Positions 21,594-33,100 are shown, numbered from the stretch's first letter. The stretch is DNA of 64,000 bases from Nostoc sp. (GCA_036918135.1 JBALDB010000048.1:1-64000), one strand, 5' to 3'. The notes: a model not told the origin generated them from the letters alone. Numbers and translations are program-made.

Positions 21594-22040
21594 CCTAATC
21601 ATTTCTATAAACCCCGCAAGTTCCACAACAAGCCGGGTATAGCTTGTCTTCTTCCCAAACCACGAGATTTTGCTAGCACTAGTGAGGAATACCAAGTTTG
21701 ATTTACAAGGGCTTTTAGGTATTTAGACCCCTACTAAGATAGAAGCGCGGTGACTAGAGAGTGATGTAATTTAATTACTGAAAAACCTTGTAACCTACTA
21801 GGTGCAGACGAAACCCAGTATTGGGGCACTAATTACTGGAATATTCAGTCATCAGTCTTTGAAGTTCTGATACCTCTGTCTTGCCGCCTTTGGGCGTCTA
21901 CGGAGGGAGCCTCCGCTCAGACTTCTCTGTTGCTCATTGGTTATCATCAAATGACAAACGATAAAATTACTACTAATGACTGCTGAAAGCTAATAGTAGA
22001 ATAAGGTACAGAAAAGCTGCACGGAAGGGAGGAAGGGAAA

Positions 22041-22883
22041 TTGGATGAGATGAGGGCGGCGCTTGAGTTAGCGACCGAAGAAGAATTACAAGATTTAACG
22101 GCAATTTTATTCAGTCGGAAGTTCAATCCCCTAGACTACGTTCACACACCCGAACCCATCGAAGTGCAAAGCCAAGACCGTAAAGCTTGGCTAGACGCAC
22201 TAGAAGGTCGCTTCCGCTTTTTAGCGGCAGATGGGATGACGGTATTGCGCGGACGCACAGGCGAAGTAACTTACCGACAAGCGCTCATTCAAGTATGTAA
22301 GTATCTCAAAATTCCTTATTATAATCAGTTGACAACTGTTGATTTAGAAGCAGAAGTATTTTTACATCTGTTAGGACAGGTGTGGAAAAAATTGCCCGAA
22401 CAAGAAAAGCAAAAATTGACTCTTCAGGTGCAGCGTCAGCTTGTCAAATCAGAACTAAAACAACCTTTACCACTTTTATTGCAGCGCGATCCTTTAGGGT
22501 TACTTTTTAAAGGTGGTAGTGCGTTGGCTGTTACTTCCATGCTCCAGCCACTTGTACTCAAGCAAATTGCCCGTCAATTTGCCATGTATCTTGCTACCTA
22601 TGAAGTAGCTAAGCAAGCGGCGATTACAGGCGCTGAAGCCGCTACAACTCAATTTCAAAGCTATGTAGCTATGCAAATGGCTAGACGCGGTATGACTATG
22701 AGCGCAGCTCGTTATGGAGCAGTCCGCACTATGTTTGCCGTGATTGGGCCAATGATGTGGGCTTGGTTTTTTGCCGATTTAGGGTGGAGAGCGATCGCTA
22801 CTAACTATGGTCGCATTATCCCGACAATTTTTGCCCTAGCTCAAATTCGCCTCACTCGTGCTGAATGTTGGGAGCCAGCTTGA
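22041..22883 (+). CDS. YaaW-family protein
   Basis: LELATEEELQDL..., RFRFLAADG, TNYGRIIPTIFALAQIR, conserved cyanobacterial form. Confidence 0.8.
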   Translation: MDEMRAALELATEEELQDLTAILFSRKFNPLDYVHTPEPIEVQSQDRKAWLDALEGRFRFLAADGMTVLRGRTGEVTYRQALIQVCKYLKIPYYNQLTTVDLEAEVFLHLLGQVWKKLPEQEKQKLTLQVQRQLVKSELKQPLPLLLQRDPLGLLFKGGSALAVTSMLQPLVLKQIARQFAMYLATYEVAKQAAITGAEAATTQFQSYVAMQMARRGMTMSAARYGAVRTMFAVIGPMMWAWFFADLGWRAIATNYGRIIPTIFALAQIRLTRAECWEPA

Positions 22884-24262
22884 ACAAGGCTTTTTCCCAT
22901 TTAAACTCCCGTTGGAACTGCTCTTTATTGGCACTGTTAATCTTCCCACTGAGTCCTTTGGTGGGGGCAGTGACTGTTGTTCTTGTATCATTAATTACTT
23001 TGGCGAAACAATACCGCCAAATTAGCCGCCGTCCCCTTAATTGGGGATTTGCCCTTTTGGGTTTGTTGCTGCTTATTACTACTGGGTTTGCCCAGAACAA
23101 AACAGAAGCCCTCCTCGGCTTATTTAATTTTTTACCATTCTTTATAGTTTTCGCCGCCTTTAGCACCCTGATTAAAACAACTGCCCAATTGCGACAAATG
23201 GCTTGGGTTTGGGTAATAGGTTCGATACCGGCGGTGACTCTTGGTTTGGGACAATTGTTTTTGGGCTGGAATTTTAACTTAAAAATTTTGTGGATTGTTT
23301 TGGAATGGACGATCGCACCAGGAGGAAATCCACCAGGGCGTATAGCTTCATTCTTTTTGCACGCTAACACCTTCGCTGCTTATCTGGTAATAGTTTTCAT
23401 CCTTGGTCTAGGGTTGTGGTTGGAACAATGGCGATCGGGGATTGGGTATAGGGCATGGGGCATGAGAAGAAGCAGGGGAGCAGGGAGCAGGAAGCACAGG
23501 GAAGGATCTTCTCCCCTGCCCCCTGCCTCATCTCCCCCACTCCCTACTCCCCAGTCCCTACTCCCCTTTATCTTCCTAACCATAGCGACGATTGCGAATT
23601 TCATCACCTTGATTTTCACCAACTCGCGTAATGGATGGGCGATCGCTATATTTGCCTGTTTAGCTTATGCACTCTATCAAGGTTGGCGTATTCTTGTGGG
23701 TGGCGTCGTCGGTATCATAGCTAGCGTCCTTTTGGCGGCTTTTGCTCCCTTACCAATCGCTCAATTTTTTCGCCACTACGTTCCTGCTTTCTTTTGGGCA
23801 AGGTTAAACGATGATATGTATCCAGATAGACCAGTGGCTTTGATGCGAAAAACTCAGTGGGAGTTTGCCTGGTCTTTAGCTTGGCAACATCCTTGGACGG
23901 GTTGGGGTTTACGTAGTTTTACTGGCCTTTACAAAGCACACATGCAAATTATGTTGGGTCATCCCCACAATTTGTTTTTAATGTTATCTGCTGAAACTGG
24001 TTTTCTCACTACTTTTTTATTTTGTGGCTTACTCGGTTGGATTTTGATTACAGCAGTTCAATTACTGCGAAAGTCAAAATATATGTATAGAGAAGATAGA
24101 TTGCTGTTTTTCAGTTATCTTCTCGCCTTTGTAGGGTGGATTCTATTGAATACGGTAGACGTAACTCTATTCGATTTTCGTTTGAATACGCTTTCATGGT
24201 TAGTTTTGGCTGCTATTTGTGGAGTAGTACATCGCTACAACCAACAAGACTTTACGAGTTGA
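22865..24262 (+). CDS. O-antigen ligase (Wzy_C) family membrane protein
   Basis: Polytopic; TNSRNGW, HPWTGWG, HPHNLFL..AETG; carries an in-frame repeat-derived insert. Confidence 0.9.
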   Translation: MLGASLNKAFSHLNSRWNCSLLALLIFPLSPLVGAVTVVLVSLITLAKQYRQISRRPLNWGFALLGLLLLITTGFAQNKTEALLGLFNFLPFFIVFAAFSTLIKTTAQLRQMAWVWVIGSIPAVTLGLGQLFLGWNFNLKILWIVLEWTIAPGGNPPGRIASFFLHANTFAAYLVIVFILGLGLWLEQWRSGIGYRAWGMRRSRGAGSRKHREGSSPLPPASSPPLPTPQSLLPFIFLTIATIANFITLIFTNSRNGWAIAIFACLAYALYQGWRILVGGVVGIIASVLLAAFAPLPIAQFFRHYVPAFFWARLNDDMYPDRPVALMRKTQWEFAWSLAWQHPWTGWGLRSFTGLYKAHMQIMLGHPHNLFLMLSAETGFLTTFLFCGLLGWILITAVQLLRKSKYMYREDRLLFFSYLLAFVGWILLNTVDVTLFDFRLNTLSWLVLAAICGVVHRYNQQDFTS

Positions 24263-24386
24263 GGCTGGTTTTTTCACGCAATTAAATAAAAATTCTATGG
24301 AATAGTCAGGAATTGTTTTTCAGTGTATGCACTGGAGACATTCAAAGTTTGAAGTTAATAAGATTACTATATTCACGTCTGTGAGT

Positions 24387-24490
24387 GTGACTAATACCTA
24401 ATTAGTCACTGTTGCTGATTGTTGGGAAGGTGTAGGGACAACCCTTTGGGGTTTTCCTGCATGACGGGCATCTCTTGTAGATGCCCTTTT
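24387..24490 (+). ncRNA. Candidate three-hairpin RNA ending in a terminator
   Basis: GTGACTAAT/ATTAGTCAC; AGGG-ACAA-CCCT inside GGAA/TTCC; GGGCATCT/AGATGCCC+TTTT. Confidence 0.35.
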
Positions 24491-24588
24491 GTATGTTTAT
24501 TATTCTTCTCAGTTAAATACAATTTAAACAAATCTTAAATTTGATGAAATATTTGAAAAATATTATTTTTTATAAAGGAATATAAAAC

Positions 24589-25107
24589 ATGGTTACTGAA
24601 ATTAAACTAGGTCTTTGTAACCCACCATTACCTATCTATTTGTATGTGAAAAACGGAGAATTCAATGGTGAATCCTATCTGTGGTATCACTATGATATCA
24701 ATAATGATAAAACTATTCCCGTCCACAAAACAGGACTAACTGGGTATATATTTGAACTTAAATTAAAAACAACAGAATTTAAGGGAAAGGACAATATTAA
24801 GTTAGACATCGTTGTTAGAGCGGATGAGATTTATGTGATTAGGAGTGGAATAGAAACGAACTTTGCTAAAACTTTTCTTTTAGCTGTATCACAAGTTCAA
24901 GACTTTTCTAAGCCTCTGATTATCGCTGCGATTGCTGGAAAAGAAAATGTGGTTTTTTGTAGACTTTACGATGTGGCTACTAAAACCAAGATTCAATATG
25001 AATGGAACAAAGATGCTGATTGGCAAGCAATCATTGACAGCGTTCAAACTAAGTTACAGACATCTAAAAATTCCTACATTGTATCTGGGGAGCCAATACT
25101 GTTTTGA
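24589..25107 (+). CDS. Hypothetical protein (beta-rich, cyanobacterial)
   Basis: 172-aa ORF with AAGGA RBS; no recognisable catalytic motif. Confidence 0.75.
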   Translation: MVTEIKLGLCNPPLPIYLYVKNGEFNGESYLWYHYDINNDKTIPVHKTGLTGYIFELKLKTTEFKGKDNIKLDIVVRADEIYVIRSGIETNFAKTFLLAVSQVQDFSKPLIIAAIAGKENVVFCRLYDVATKTKIQYEWNKDADWQAIIDSVQTKLQTSKNSYIVSGEPILF

Positions 25108-25279
25108 AAGATTAGTGAGGCTGGGGAAGCGAGGTAGAGGGAAAATAATAAATTACCAATGACAGCTTAGACAGATAACTTTCTCTAAGCTAACTGTATT
25201 GCAGTAACTCCTATTGTGTAAGCTCTCGGTAAAATGGGAGTGTTCGGTAACAAAAAAAGACGCCTCAGCAACCAACCTT

Positions 25280-25801
25280 ATGCTCACAACAGCTGATTTT
25301 CTTCAATACACCCAATGGTCTGGTATAGCCACCTTGGTATTCGCAGCCTTAGCAGTCTTGGGTTTTGTTCTCAAATGGGGCATTCGCTTTCGGCTGGTGG
25401 GTACGACTGGCTTTATGGTGGTGCTAACAGCTGGTTTATTTGCACTCTCCATAGTCCCTTTGAGTCGTACTGTGATTCCGGGAGCAGTACACTACAGTCT
25501 AGTTTATGATAATGGCTCAACACAAGCAGCGATCGCCGTATCACCCAAAATTTCTCCTACAGAATTAGAAGCAACTTTACGTCAAGCAGCTAGCAATCTT
25601 TATTCTTATGGTCGTTCTGGTACACTTCAAAACGACAAGTTAACAGTTCGCGCCCGTACCATTATTCACCCAGAGTCAGGGATTTCTGTACCAGTTTACT
25701 TGGGTGAGGTCAAGCGATCGCTCGTTTCTCGTGCTAATTCCCCAATGACAGTAGAAATTTATCAAGACAAATTCGCCCAATTGCCGAAATCTAAGGCTTA
25801 A
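25280..25801 (+). CDS. ycf51: Ycf51-family protein (DUF2518)
   Basis: WGIRFRLVGTTGF, VYDNG, ATLRQAASNL.S.GR; likely start ATG 25280. Confidence 0.85.
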   Translation: MLTTADFLQYTQWSGIATLVFAALAVLGFVLKWGIRFRLVGTTGFMVVLTAGLFALSIVPLSRTVIPGAVHYSLVYDNGSTQAAIAVSPKISPTELEATLRQAASNLYSYGRSGTLQNDKLTVRARTIIHPESGISVPVYLGEVKRSLVSRANSPMTVEIYQDKFAQLPKSKA

Positions 25802-25915
25802 GGGGACTGGGGAGTGTGAGGAGTGTGGGGGGAGAGAGGGGAAGACTCATTCTTCATCCTCCCCATCCTCCTTTTCCTCCCACACCTCCCACACTTTCTG
25901 TTTGCCCAATCCCCA
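25801..25915. repeat. G-rich/C-rich short tandem repeat palindrome
   Basis: GGAGTGTG-type units followed by CCCACACCT-type units. Confidence 0.7.
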
Positions 25916-26280
25916 TGCTTGTTATCAGAATGACATAATTAATTTTGTATTTACCGATACTTTCAAGATTATTTTTAGATTAAGATATTCACACTTTAGT
26001 AGTTCCATTGTGGAAAAAATTAATCAGTGCGCGGGTAATGGGTACTGACGGTTGTGATTTGTCAGTTGTTTTCCTAGTTACCAGTTTTGCCATTTTCAAA
26101 AATATTTGCAGCAAATGAATTAGCTGTAGGAACGTACAAATGTATGCCCCTAGCTATATATTCTCTAGCTGGGATTGCCTAAAATGGTGCAACTTCAGTT
26201 CTCGATCGCTTTTTTTGAGAATCTGAGGTGCTAGTGTTATTTAAGTTATACGGTTGTTCAAAACTTTGATAGTTCGGAAT

Positions 26281-26412
26281 TTTAGAGCGATGGGCATGAT
26301 AGATTCAACCAACGTCGTCAAATCACCTAAGGAGTCGGTAACAGGCTTTGTCTATTTCATGGCTCCCCTAAAATCTAGTTGAACGAGTGTCAGCTTGTAG
26401 CCATGCTCTAAA
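26281..26412 (+). ncRNA. Candidate rod-shaped structured RNA
   Basis: Nested pairings TTTAGAGC/GCTCTAAA, ATGG/CCAT, TGATA/TGTCA, TTCAAC/GTTGAA, GTCGT/ATGGC, GGAGTC/GGCTTT closing a GGTAACA loop. Confidence 0.4.
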
Positions 26413-26448
26413 TCAGCTTGGCAACAAGTATCCCTAACTGTAAGTCAA

Positions 26449-27681
26449 TTGATTAAGAAATATCAAAGTTTTGGCAAACTAGATTATATGACTAATAAAT
26501 TTTCTACTCATCCTTCTTTGTCTACTCAAACCTCTAGTTCGTTATTTACGCTCACAGTTGCCCCAGCAAAAGTAATCCGTGGTTCTGGGGTGTTGCAAGC
26601 AGCCGCAGCAGAAATCGCCTGTTTGGGAAATCGTCCTTTAATTGTGGCGGGAGAACGCACTCTCGCTATCAGCCAAGAAAATCTGCAACCGATTTTAGAA
26701 ACGCAACAGTTACATCCTGCCCAAGCTTCTTATGGTGCAGATTGCTGTGAAGCTAGTCTGAAATGTTTACACAAGGCAGTCAAAGAACATAAAGCTGATG
26801 TAATTATCGGTGTTGGTGGCGGCAAAGCCCTGGATATAGCGAAATTAGTCGCGCACCAGTTACATCTGCCAGTGGTGACGATTCCGACTTCAGCGGCTAC
26901 CTGTGCAGCTTGGAGTGCTTTGTCTAATGTTTATTCAGAAGACGGGGCATTTCTATATGATGTGGGGCTGTCTCGTTGTCCCGATTTATTGATACTCGAT
27001 TATGACTTGATTAAAACAGCACCACAACGTACTTTAATAGCTGGCATTGGTGATGCGATCGCCAAGTGGTACGAAGCCTCAGTTAGTAGCGGGCATTTGC
27101 AAGATACTTTAATTATCGCCGCAGTCCAACAAGCACGAATTTTGCGAGATATCCTCTTGCAAAAGTCAGCCGCCGCCCTCAAGCAACCAGGTAGTGAAGT
27201 TTGGCGAGAAGTTGTAGATGCGACTGTGTTACTTGCTGGCGTAGTTGGCGGATTAGGAGGGGCGCAGTGTCGTACTGTTGCCGCCCATGCTGTGCATAAT
27301 GGTTTAACGCACATTTCGGGACACGGCAGTATTCACGGCGAAAAAGTTGCTTTGGGAATTCTGGTGCAACTGCGTTTAGAAGAAATGCTACAAAACAATC
27401 AACTAGCAGCATCCGCACGGCAGCAGTTGTTAAAGTTCTATGCAGAAATTGGACTACCCCAGAAATTAAGCGATTTGGGATTGGGCAATATTAGATTAGG
27501 TGAGTTGCAAACAGTAGCCGAAATTGCCCTAGCTCCTAATTCAGACATCCATCGACTACCTTTTAAAGTCGCGCTGGAACAGTTGATGGCGGCAATGGTT
27601 TCTACCACTGCACCTATAGATAGTAGAGATCCGATAAATCGAGTTTCGCCCAAGGGAATGAGTGACGAGGTTGAAGCATGA
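26449..27681 (+). CDS. Glycerol dehydrogenase-like iron-containing alcohol dehydrogenase
   Basis: GVGGGKALDIAK, PTSAATCA, AGIGDAIAKWYE, AAHAVHNGLT, HGEKVA. Confidence 0.9.
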   Translation: MIKKYQSFGKLDYMTNKFSTHPSLSTQTSSSLFTLTVAPAKVIRGSGVLQAAAAEIACLGNRPLIVAGERTLAISQENLQPILETQQLHPAQASYGADCCEASLKCLHKAVKEHKADVIIGVGGGKALDIAKLVAHQLHLPVVTIPTSAATCAAWSALSNVYSEDGAFLYDVGLSRCPDLLILDYDLIKTAPQRTLIAGIGDAIAKWYEASVSSGHLQDTLIIAAVQQARILRDILLQKSAAALKQPGSEVWREVVDATVLLAGVVGGLGGAQCRTVAAHAVHNGLTHISGHGSIHGEKVALGILVQLRLEEMLQNNQLAASARQQLLKFYAEIGLPQKLSDLGLGNIRLGELQTVAEIALAPNSDIHRLPFKVALEQLMAAMVSTTAPIDSRDPINRVSPKGMSDEVEA

Positions 27682-28883
27682 GTTTGAATTGGATAGTGCC
27701 AGCAGAACGCATACAAAAACTGCCACCTTACGTATTTGCCCGTTTAGATGAACTAAAAGCTAAAGCACGGGAACAAGGGTTAGATTTAATTGATTTGGGC
27801 ATGGGAAACCCGGATGGTGCAACACCACAACCAGTGGTAGAAGCGGCGGTTGCCGCTTTGCAAAATCCTGCCAATCACGGCTATCCTCCGTTTGAAGGCA
27901 CTGCGAGTTTCCGTAGAGCGATTACTAATTGGTATCGTCGACGTTATGATGTAATTCTTGACCCCGATAGTGAAGCTTTACCGCTACTCGGTTCCAAAGA
28001 AGGACTAACTCATTTAGCGATCGCCTACATCAACCCTGGGGATGTAGTTCTAGTTCCTTCTCCGGCTTATCCCGCGCATTTTCGCGGCCCCGTAATTGCT
28101 GGCGGCAAAGTTCATAGTTTGATTCTCAAACCAGAAAATGACTGGTTAATCGATTTAGCTGCCATTCCCGATGAGGTTGCCCAACAAGCCAAAATACTCT
28201 ATTTCAACTATCCCAGTAATCCCACCGCTGCCACCGCCCCCCGCGAATTCTTTGAAGAAATCGTCGCCTTTGCACGCAAATATGAAATTTTGCTGGTACA
28301 CGATCTGTGTTACGCAGAGTTAGCGTTTGATGGTTATCAACCTACTAGTTTGCTAGAAATTCCCGGCGCGAAGGAAATTGGTGTGGAATTTCACACCTTA
28401 TCCAAAACCTACAATATGGCTGGTTGGCGCGTCGGCTTTGTGGTGGGGAACCGCCATGTAATTCAAGGTTTGCGGACGCTGAAAACGAACTTGGATTACG
28501 GCATTTTTGCTGCCTTGCAAACAGCAGCCGAAACCGCTTTGCAACTTCCAGATGTGTATTTGCATGAAGTACAACAACGCTACCGCACTCGTCGTGATTT
28601 CCTGATTGAAGGATTAGGACAGTTGGGTTGGGATATTCCTAAAACCAAAGCAACGATGTACCTTTGGGTAAAATGTCCTGTGGGCATGGGTTCTACAGAT
28701 TTTGCCTTGAATGTGTTGCAGCAAACAGGCGTTGTGGTTACTCCAGGTAACGCCTTTGGGGTTGCAGGTGAAGGGTATGTGAGGATTAGTTTGATTGCCG
28801 AGTGCGATCGCTTGGGTGAAGCTTTACATCGCATTAAGCAAGCTGGTATCCGCTATCAACCGGAAGTTGTAGTCTCTGCTTGA
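27678..28883 (+). CDS. Class I/II PLP aminotransferase (aspartate / LL-DAP aminotransferase-like)
   Basis: DLGMGNPD, NYPSNPT, HDLCY, TLSKTYNMAGWRVG, YVRISL; ATGA overlap with upstream gene. Confidence 0.92.
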   Translation: MSLNWIVPAERIQKLPPYVFARLDELKAKAREQGLDLIDLGMGNPDGATPQPVVEAAVAALQNPANHGYPPFEGTASFRRAITNWYRRRYDVILDPDSEALPLLGSKEGLTHLAIAYINPGDVVLVPSPAYPAHFRGPVIAGGKVHSLILKPENDWLIDLAAIPDEVAQQAKILYFNYPSNPTAATAPREFFEEIVAFARKYEILLVHDLCYAELAFDGYQPTSLLEIPGAKEIGVEFHTLSKTYNMAGWRVGFVVGNRHVIQGLRTLKTNLDYGIFAALQTAAETALQLPDVYLHEVQQRYRTRRDFLIEGLGQLGWDIPKTKATMYLWVKCPVGMGSTDFALNVLQQTGVVVTPGNAFGVAGEGYVRISLIAECDRLGEALHRIKQAGIRYQPEVVVSA

Positions 28884-29066
28884 CAATAGTTAGGCTACTA
28901 CCAAGTACGCACAATAAAAGCCTCAAGTAACTAATTACTGAGGCAGTTGAAATATATCCAAATCAATTGTATCCATGAATTTATTTATGAACACTACTCT
29001 CATCTGGTTGGCAATGTTCCCTGTTGTCTTATCCGTAAAAGATTCTACTTAGGTATTTCTGGCTTG

Positions 29067-29194
29067 TATAGCAGGAGGCAGTTCGCGTAACGTGTCGAAG
29101 ACAAGGCAGTTCTTGCTGGAGGCAGGAGGTAAAATATTACTATTCCTAACATCTACGCTTTCAAGATGTCCTAACCTTTAATTCACTTGCTATA
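29067..29194. repeat. Dispersed TATAGCA...TGCTATA element (copy 1)
   Basis: Shares GGAGGCAGGAGGTAAAA, TTACTATTCCT, ATGTCCTAA and ends with copy at 63789-63874. Confidence 0.75.
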
Positions 29195-29496
29195 TAGCCA
29201 AATTGAGAAATCCCCGACTTCTTACGAGAGTCAAGGATTTTGTTGAGGAATAATTTACTTACTAAGATCATACTCGCAGCCCAAGTAACACAGAGTCTTT
29301 CATCTGTGCGTTATTCTGGAGTAAAGCCAAACAAACCAGACCTAGCTTGAGTTACTCGTTTGTGTGTTATTCCTAAATATTGAAGGCTTTTAAGGGTTCT
29401 TGGATTGATACAATATGAAAAATGAGTGCGATGGATAGATTCACAGAACCCTTTAATAGAAATAAATTCTCGATCCAAAACCCAAACTGTTATTAG

Positions 29497-29946
29497 TTAA
29501 CCCAATACTTGTACTAGACCTAGCATGAAGTTAACCCGTTGCTCAAATTCTAGCTTCTTAATGAGTGCTGTAAATTCATCAGTTTCGCTTGGTAGTTGAT
29601 AGTCAGATGGTACTGGAATGATACTTCCGTCTTCCATTCCTTTTGCCAACAACAGCCAAACATCCAATCTAGCGTTAGGACTTAGAGCAGTATATGCTTT
29701 GCCGATATCACTAGCTGAACCCTTAATCAGGTCGCGTTGTGCTTGCAGTTGTTCTTGGTGAGACAAACTTTTAATTTGGTCAAACACTGCTTTTGCAGGG
29801 CTTTCTACGCTTTGAGGAGGTGCTGGTGTTAGCTTCTCTTTAAGATCTAGGTAACCAAACCAAAGTATACCGAGTTGAGTATCTACATCAAACTTGCGAA
29901 AACTTTCTAAAGCTGGTCTTGTGCTTTCGTCAACTGTGTAAGTCAT
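29497..29946 (-). CDS. Helical carotenoid protein (OCP N-terminal domain homologue)
   Basis: [54 protein letters not shown]. Confidence 0.9.
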   Translation of the reverse strand: MTYTVDESTRPALESFRKFDVDTQLGILWFGYLDLKEKLTPAPPQSVESPAKAVFDQIKSLSHQEQLQAQRDLIKGSASDIGKAYTALSPNARLDVWLLLAKGMEDGSIIPVPSDYQLPSETDEFTALIKKLEFEQRVNFMLGLVQVLG

Positions 29947-30170
29947 AAAAACTCCAAAGAAGTTTGAATTATTTTCGATTGACTAAGTTATTAAGAAAAC
30001 TTAGTCTTAATACTTCACTAAAGTTAACGAATCGATAGATATGAAGAACTCTACTTGTGGTATGAATAGCATTCACTACATAAGACAGATTGTAGATAAC
30101 TCAAATTGCTACTTACAAAAATACTCGCTTCGATGTATAAGCTAGCAAAAAATTAAAGTAAAACTGGAAA

Positions 30171-33100
30171 TCACAAAATCAGCTTGGCGATCGCCCGAAT
30201 TAATTTAGCTGGTTCCACTGGTTTGGTGATATGCTGTTTAAATCCAGCGGCAAGAGCCTGTTGATAATCAATTTCAGCTGCATAAGCGGTTAAAGCGATC
30301 GCTGGAATTTTTCCTCCGAGTTCAGGTGGCATGTCTCTGATTTGACGCATCAACATATAGCCATCTACTTGTGGCATTCCAATGTCACTTAAGAGCAGAT
30401 TTGGCTGGAAGTTAGGCAGAACTTGTAGTGCTTCCACAGCCGATGCTGCCTGTGTTACTACCGCTCCAGACTGCTCCAAAATAAAAGCAATCAACTCTCG
30501 CGTATCACGCTCATCATCCACTAGCAGAACTTTCAGCCCATTTAAATTAGGTAAATCATCTGATTGTCTATCAGTCTCAGCATTATTGAGATTATTTATT
30601 ATTAATGGGAGTAGAACTGTAAAGGTGGCTCCCTGTTCTTCACCCAAACTTTCTGCTTTAACTGTGCCGCCATGTAGCTCGACGATGTGACGAACAATCG
30701 CTAATCCTAACCCCAACCCCCCAAATTTCCTAGTGGTTGCACCGTCAGCTTGGCGGAAGTAGTCGAAGACATAGGGTAAAAAGTCGGGGGTAATTCCCTT
30801 ACCTGTATCACATACTTGCAGTTGAGCGTGAGAATCAACAGACGCTAAACTGATTTTTACTCGTCCACCTTGGGGTGTAAACTTAATAGCATTGGAAAGT
30901 AGATTCCAAATTACTTGTTGTAAGCGGACTGAATCACCCGCTACTAGGAATTTCGGGTCGCAGCTTTGGTGCGCTAACACCTCAACTTCAATTTGGGATT
31001 TGAGATTGTCAAGTTGTTGATTATAGTCAATGGATGCGAAATTTCTGTTAGTATCTTCTAATCCCGAATCTAAAATTTCAAATTGCAAATTGATAGATTT
31101 AGCTTGGCCGGCTAAACGCACGGTTTCTAAAGCTGCGGCGATCGCACTTAGCAAATTTACAGGAGCAATATTTAGACTGAGTTTGCCTTGCAAAATCCGA
31201 GAGACATCGAGCAAATCTTCAATTAGTTGAGTTTGCAGCTTGGCATTACGCTCAATAGTTTGCAGGGCCCGAGTAGTGGTTGGTTGGTCATACTTTTTAC
31301 TTTGCAGCATCTTTGACCATCCCAGGATGGGGTTTAGTGGCGTGCGAAGTTCGTGGGAGAGAACTGCTAAAAATTCGTCTTTGATGCGGTTAGCTTGAAT
31401 TAATTGCTCTTTTCGTCGCTGTAACGAAGCCATTAACTCAAAACGTTCCAGAGCAACCGCCACCTGATCGGAGGTTGCTTGCAGTAAAGCGGTTTCCTCT
31501 GGGGTGAAGCGAGTACGCGTGCGGCTGGCAAAGGCGAGTACACCCAACAGCTTTCCCTGAGCAATTAATGGTTGACCTGCATAGGCTGTGATTCCCAAAC
31601 CACAAAGGATGTCTGCATTTAGATAATTTGAGTGCGGCACATCGTTGACGACAATTTGACGCCGTTCTTGGGCTATTAATCCGCCCATGCCTTGATTAAA
31701 TTCTAGATATTCAATTGCTTGAAATACTTCTTCAGTGATGCCGTTCCAAGCTACCAAGTGAAGTTTTTGTTTATTTTCGTGTGTCTCGATGAGATATTGG
31801 AAGTAAAAATCCAAATCCATTTGTGCTGAGAGTTTGCTGAACAAGGTGTTCATCAGATCCAAGGGGCGCTCGGTTGAGAGCAAATCACTGGCTGTTTCAG
31901 AAAGTAATTTCAGTCGCTCGCTGCGTTCTTGCAAAGCTTTTTCTGCTTGCTGACGTTCCCGAAGGGCGCGTTCGCGTTCCGTGATGTCAACTGCAACTCC
32001 TCCTACCAAGCGTCGCCCAGATGTATCTGCAATGGGAAACCTATACATTAAAAATTCACCAAGGATACCATCTGTGCGGGGGGCAGACTCTATAGCTTCT
32101 ACGACCTGATTCGTATTTACAACCGTTTTAATCCTATCGAGGAAAGACTGAGCAATTTCAGCCGGGTATAGCTGGCAGATGTTTTTGCCGATGGGGTTGT
32201 TTGTTGCTAAATCGAATATGGCAAGATAAGTTGGACTGAGGTAAAGTACACGCCCGTCTGCATCTGTAATCCATGCTGCGGCTGGACTGTTGTCCATAAA
32301 AGCTTGGAAGCGTTCTTCGCTCTGGTGCAAGGCTTTTTCTATTTGCTGGCGTTCGCTAATATCAAGAATAAATGCTACGGATTTGTGTCGAGATTTTCCT
32401 AATAGAGAGTAGCTAATTACAATTGGTATCCGAGAACCATCTTTACGAATGTACTCTTTCTCATAAGGAGTACAAGCTCCTTTGGACTTTGCTTCAGCAA
32501 TCGCCAGTTCATCTAAATAAAGATACTCTGGTGGCGTGATATCAGTCCAACTTAGTCTACCTGTCTGGAGATCCTCTTGAGTATAACCGACAATTCGCAA
32601 AAACTCGTCATTGGCTTCACCGATCCCACCTTTTACATCCCCAAGGACAATACCAACTACATTTGCTTCTACAAAACTTCTCAGTTGCTCCTCACTAGCT
32701 CGAACTGCGGCTTCCGCCTGCTTGCGGGCGGTGATATCTGTAGTGCTGCCAACTACGCGCACCGGGTTACTATCAGTATCCCGCTTGACGACTATTCCTT
32801 GATCTAGCACATAGACGTACTGATGAGCTTGGTTACAAATTCGATACTCAACAGCATAGCGATCGCCATTTGCCCACGCAACCCTCGTCTCCTCCTCCAT
32901 ACGTTGCAAATCCTCTGGATGGACAAGCTGACGCCACCAATTACGAGTTGTTTGAGCCATGTCGAGGGAATAGCCTAAAATTCGGGTTAGCCCTTCGGTT
33001 GTTTCAATCCGATCCTGTTCTATATCCCAGTCATATATCAGACAATTGACGGCAGTAGCGGCTAACTCAAAACGCTCGTTGGCTAACCTTAGGCGTTCCT

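Noticed and set aside
25814..25824. GTGTGAGGAGT, complement of the Yfr1 motif
   Set aside because: Embedded in a GGAGTGTG-type tandem repeat without Yfr1's flanking hairpins
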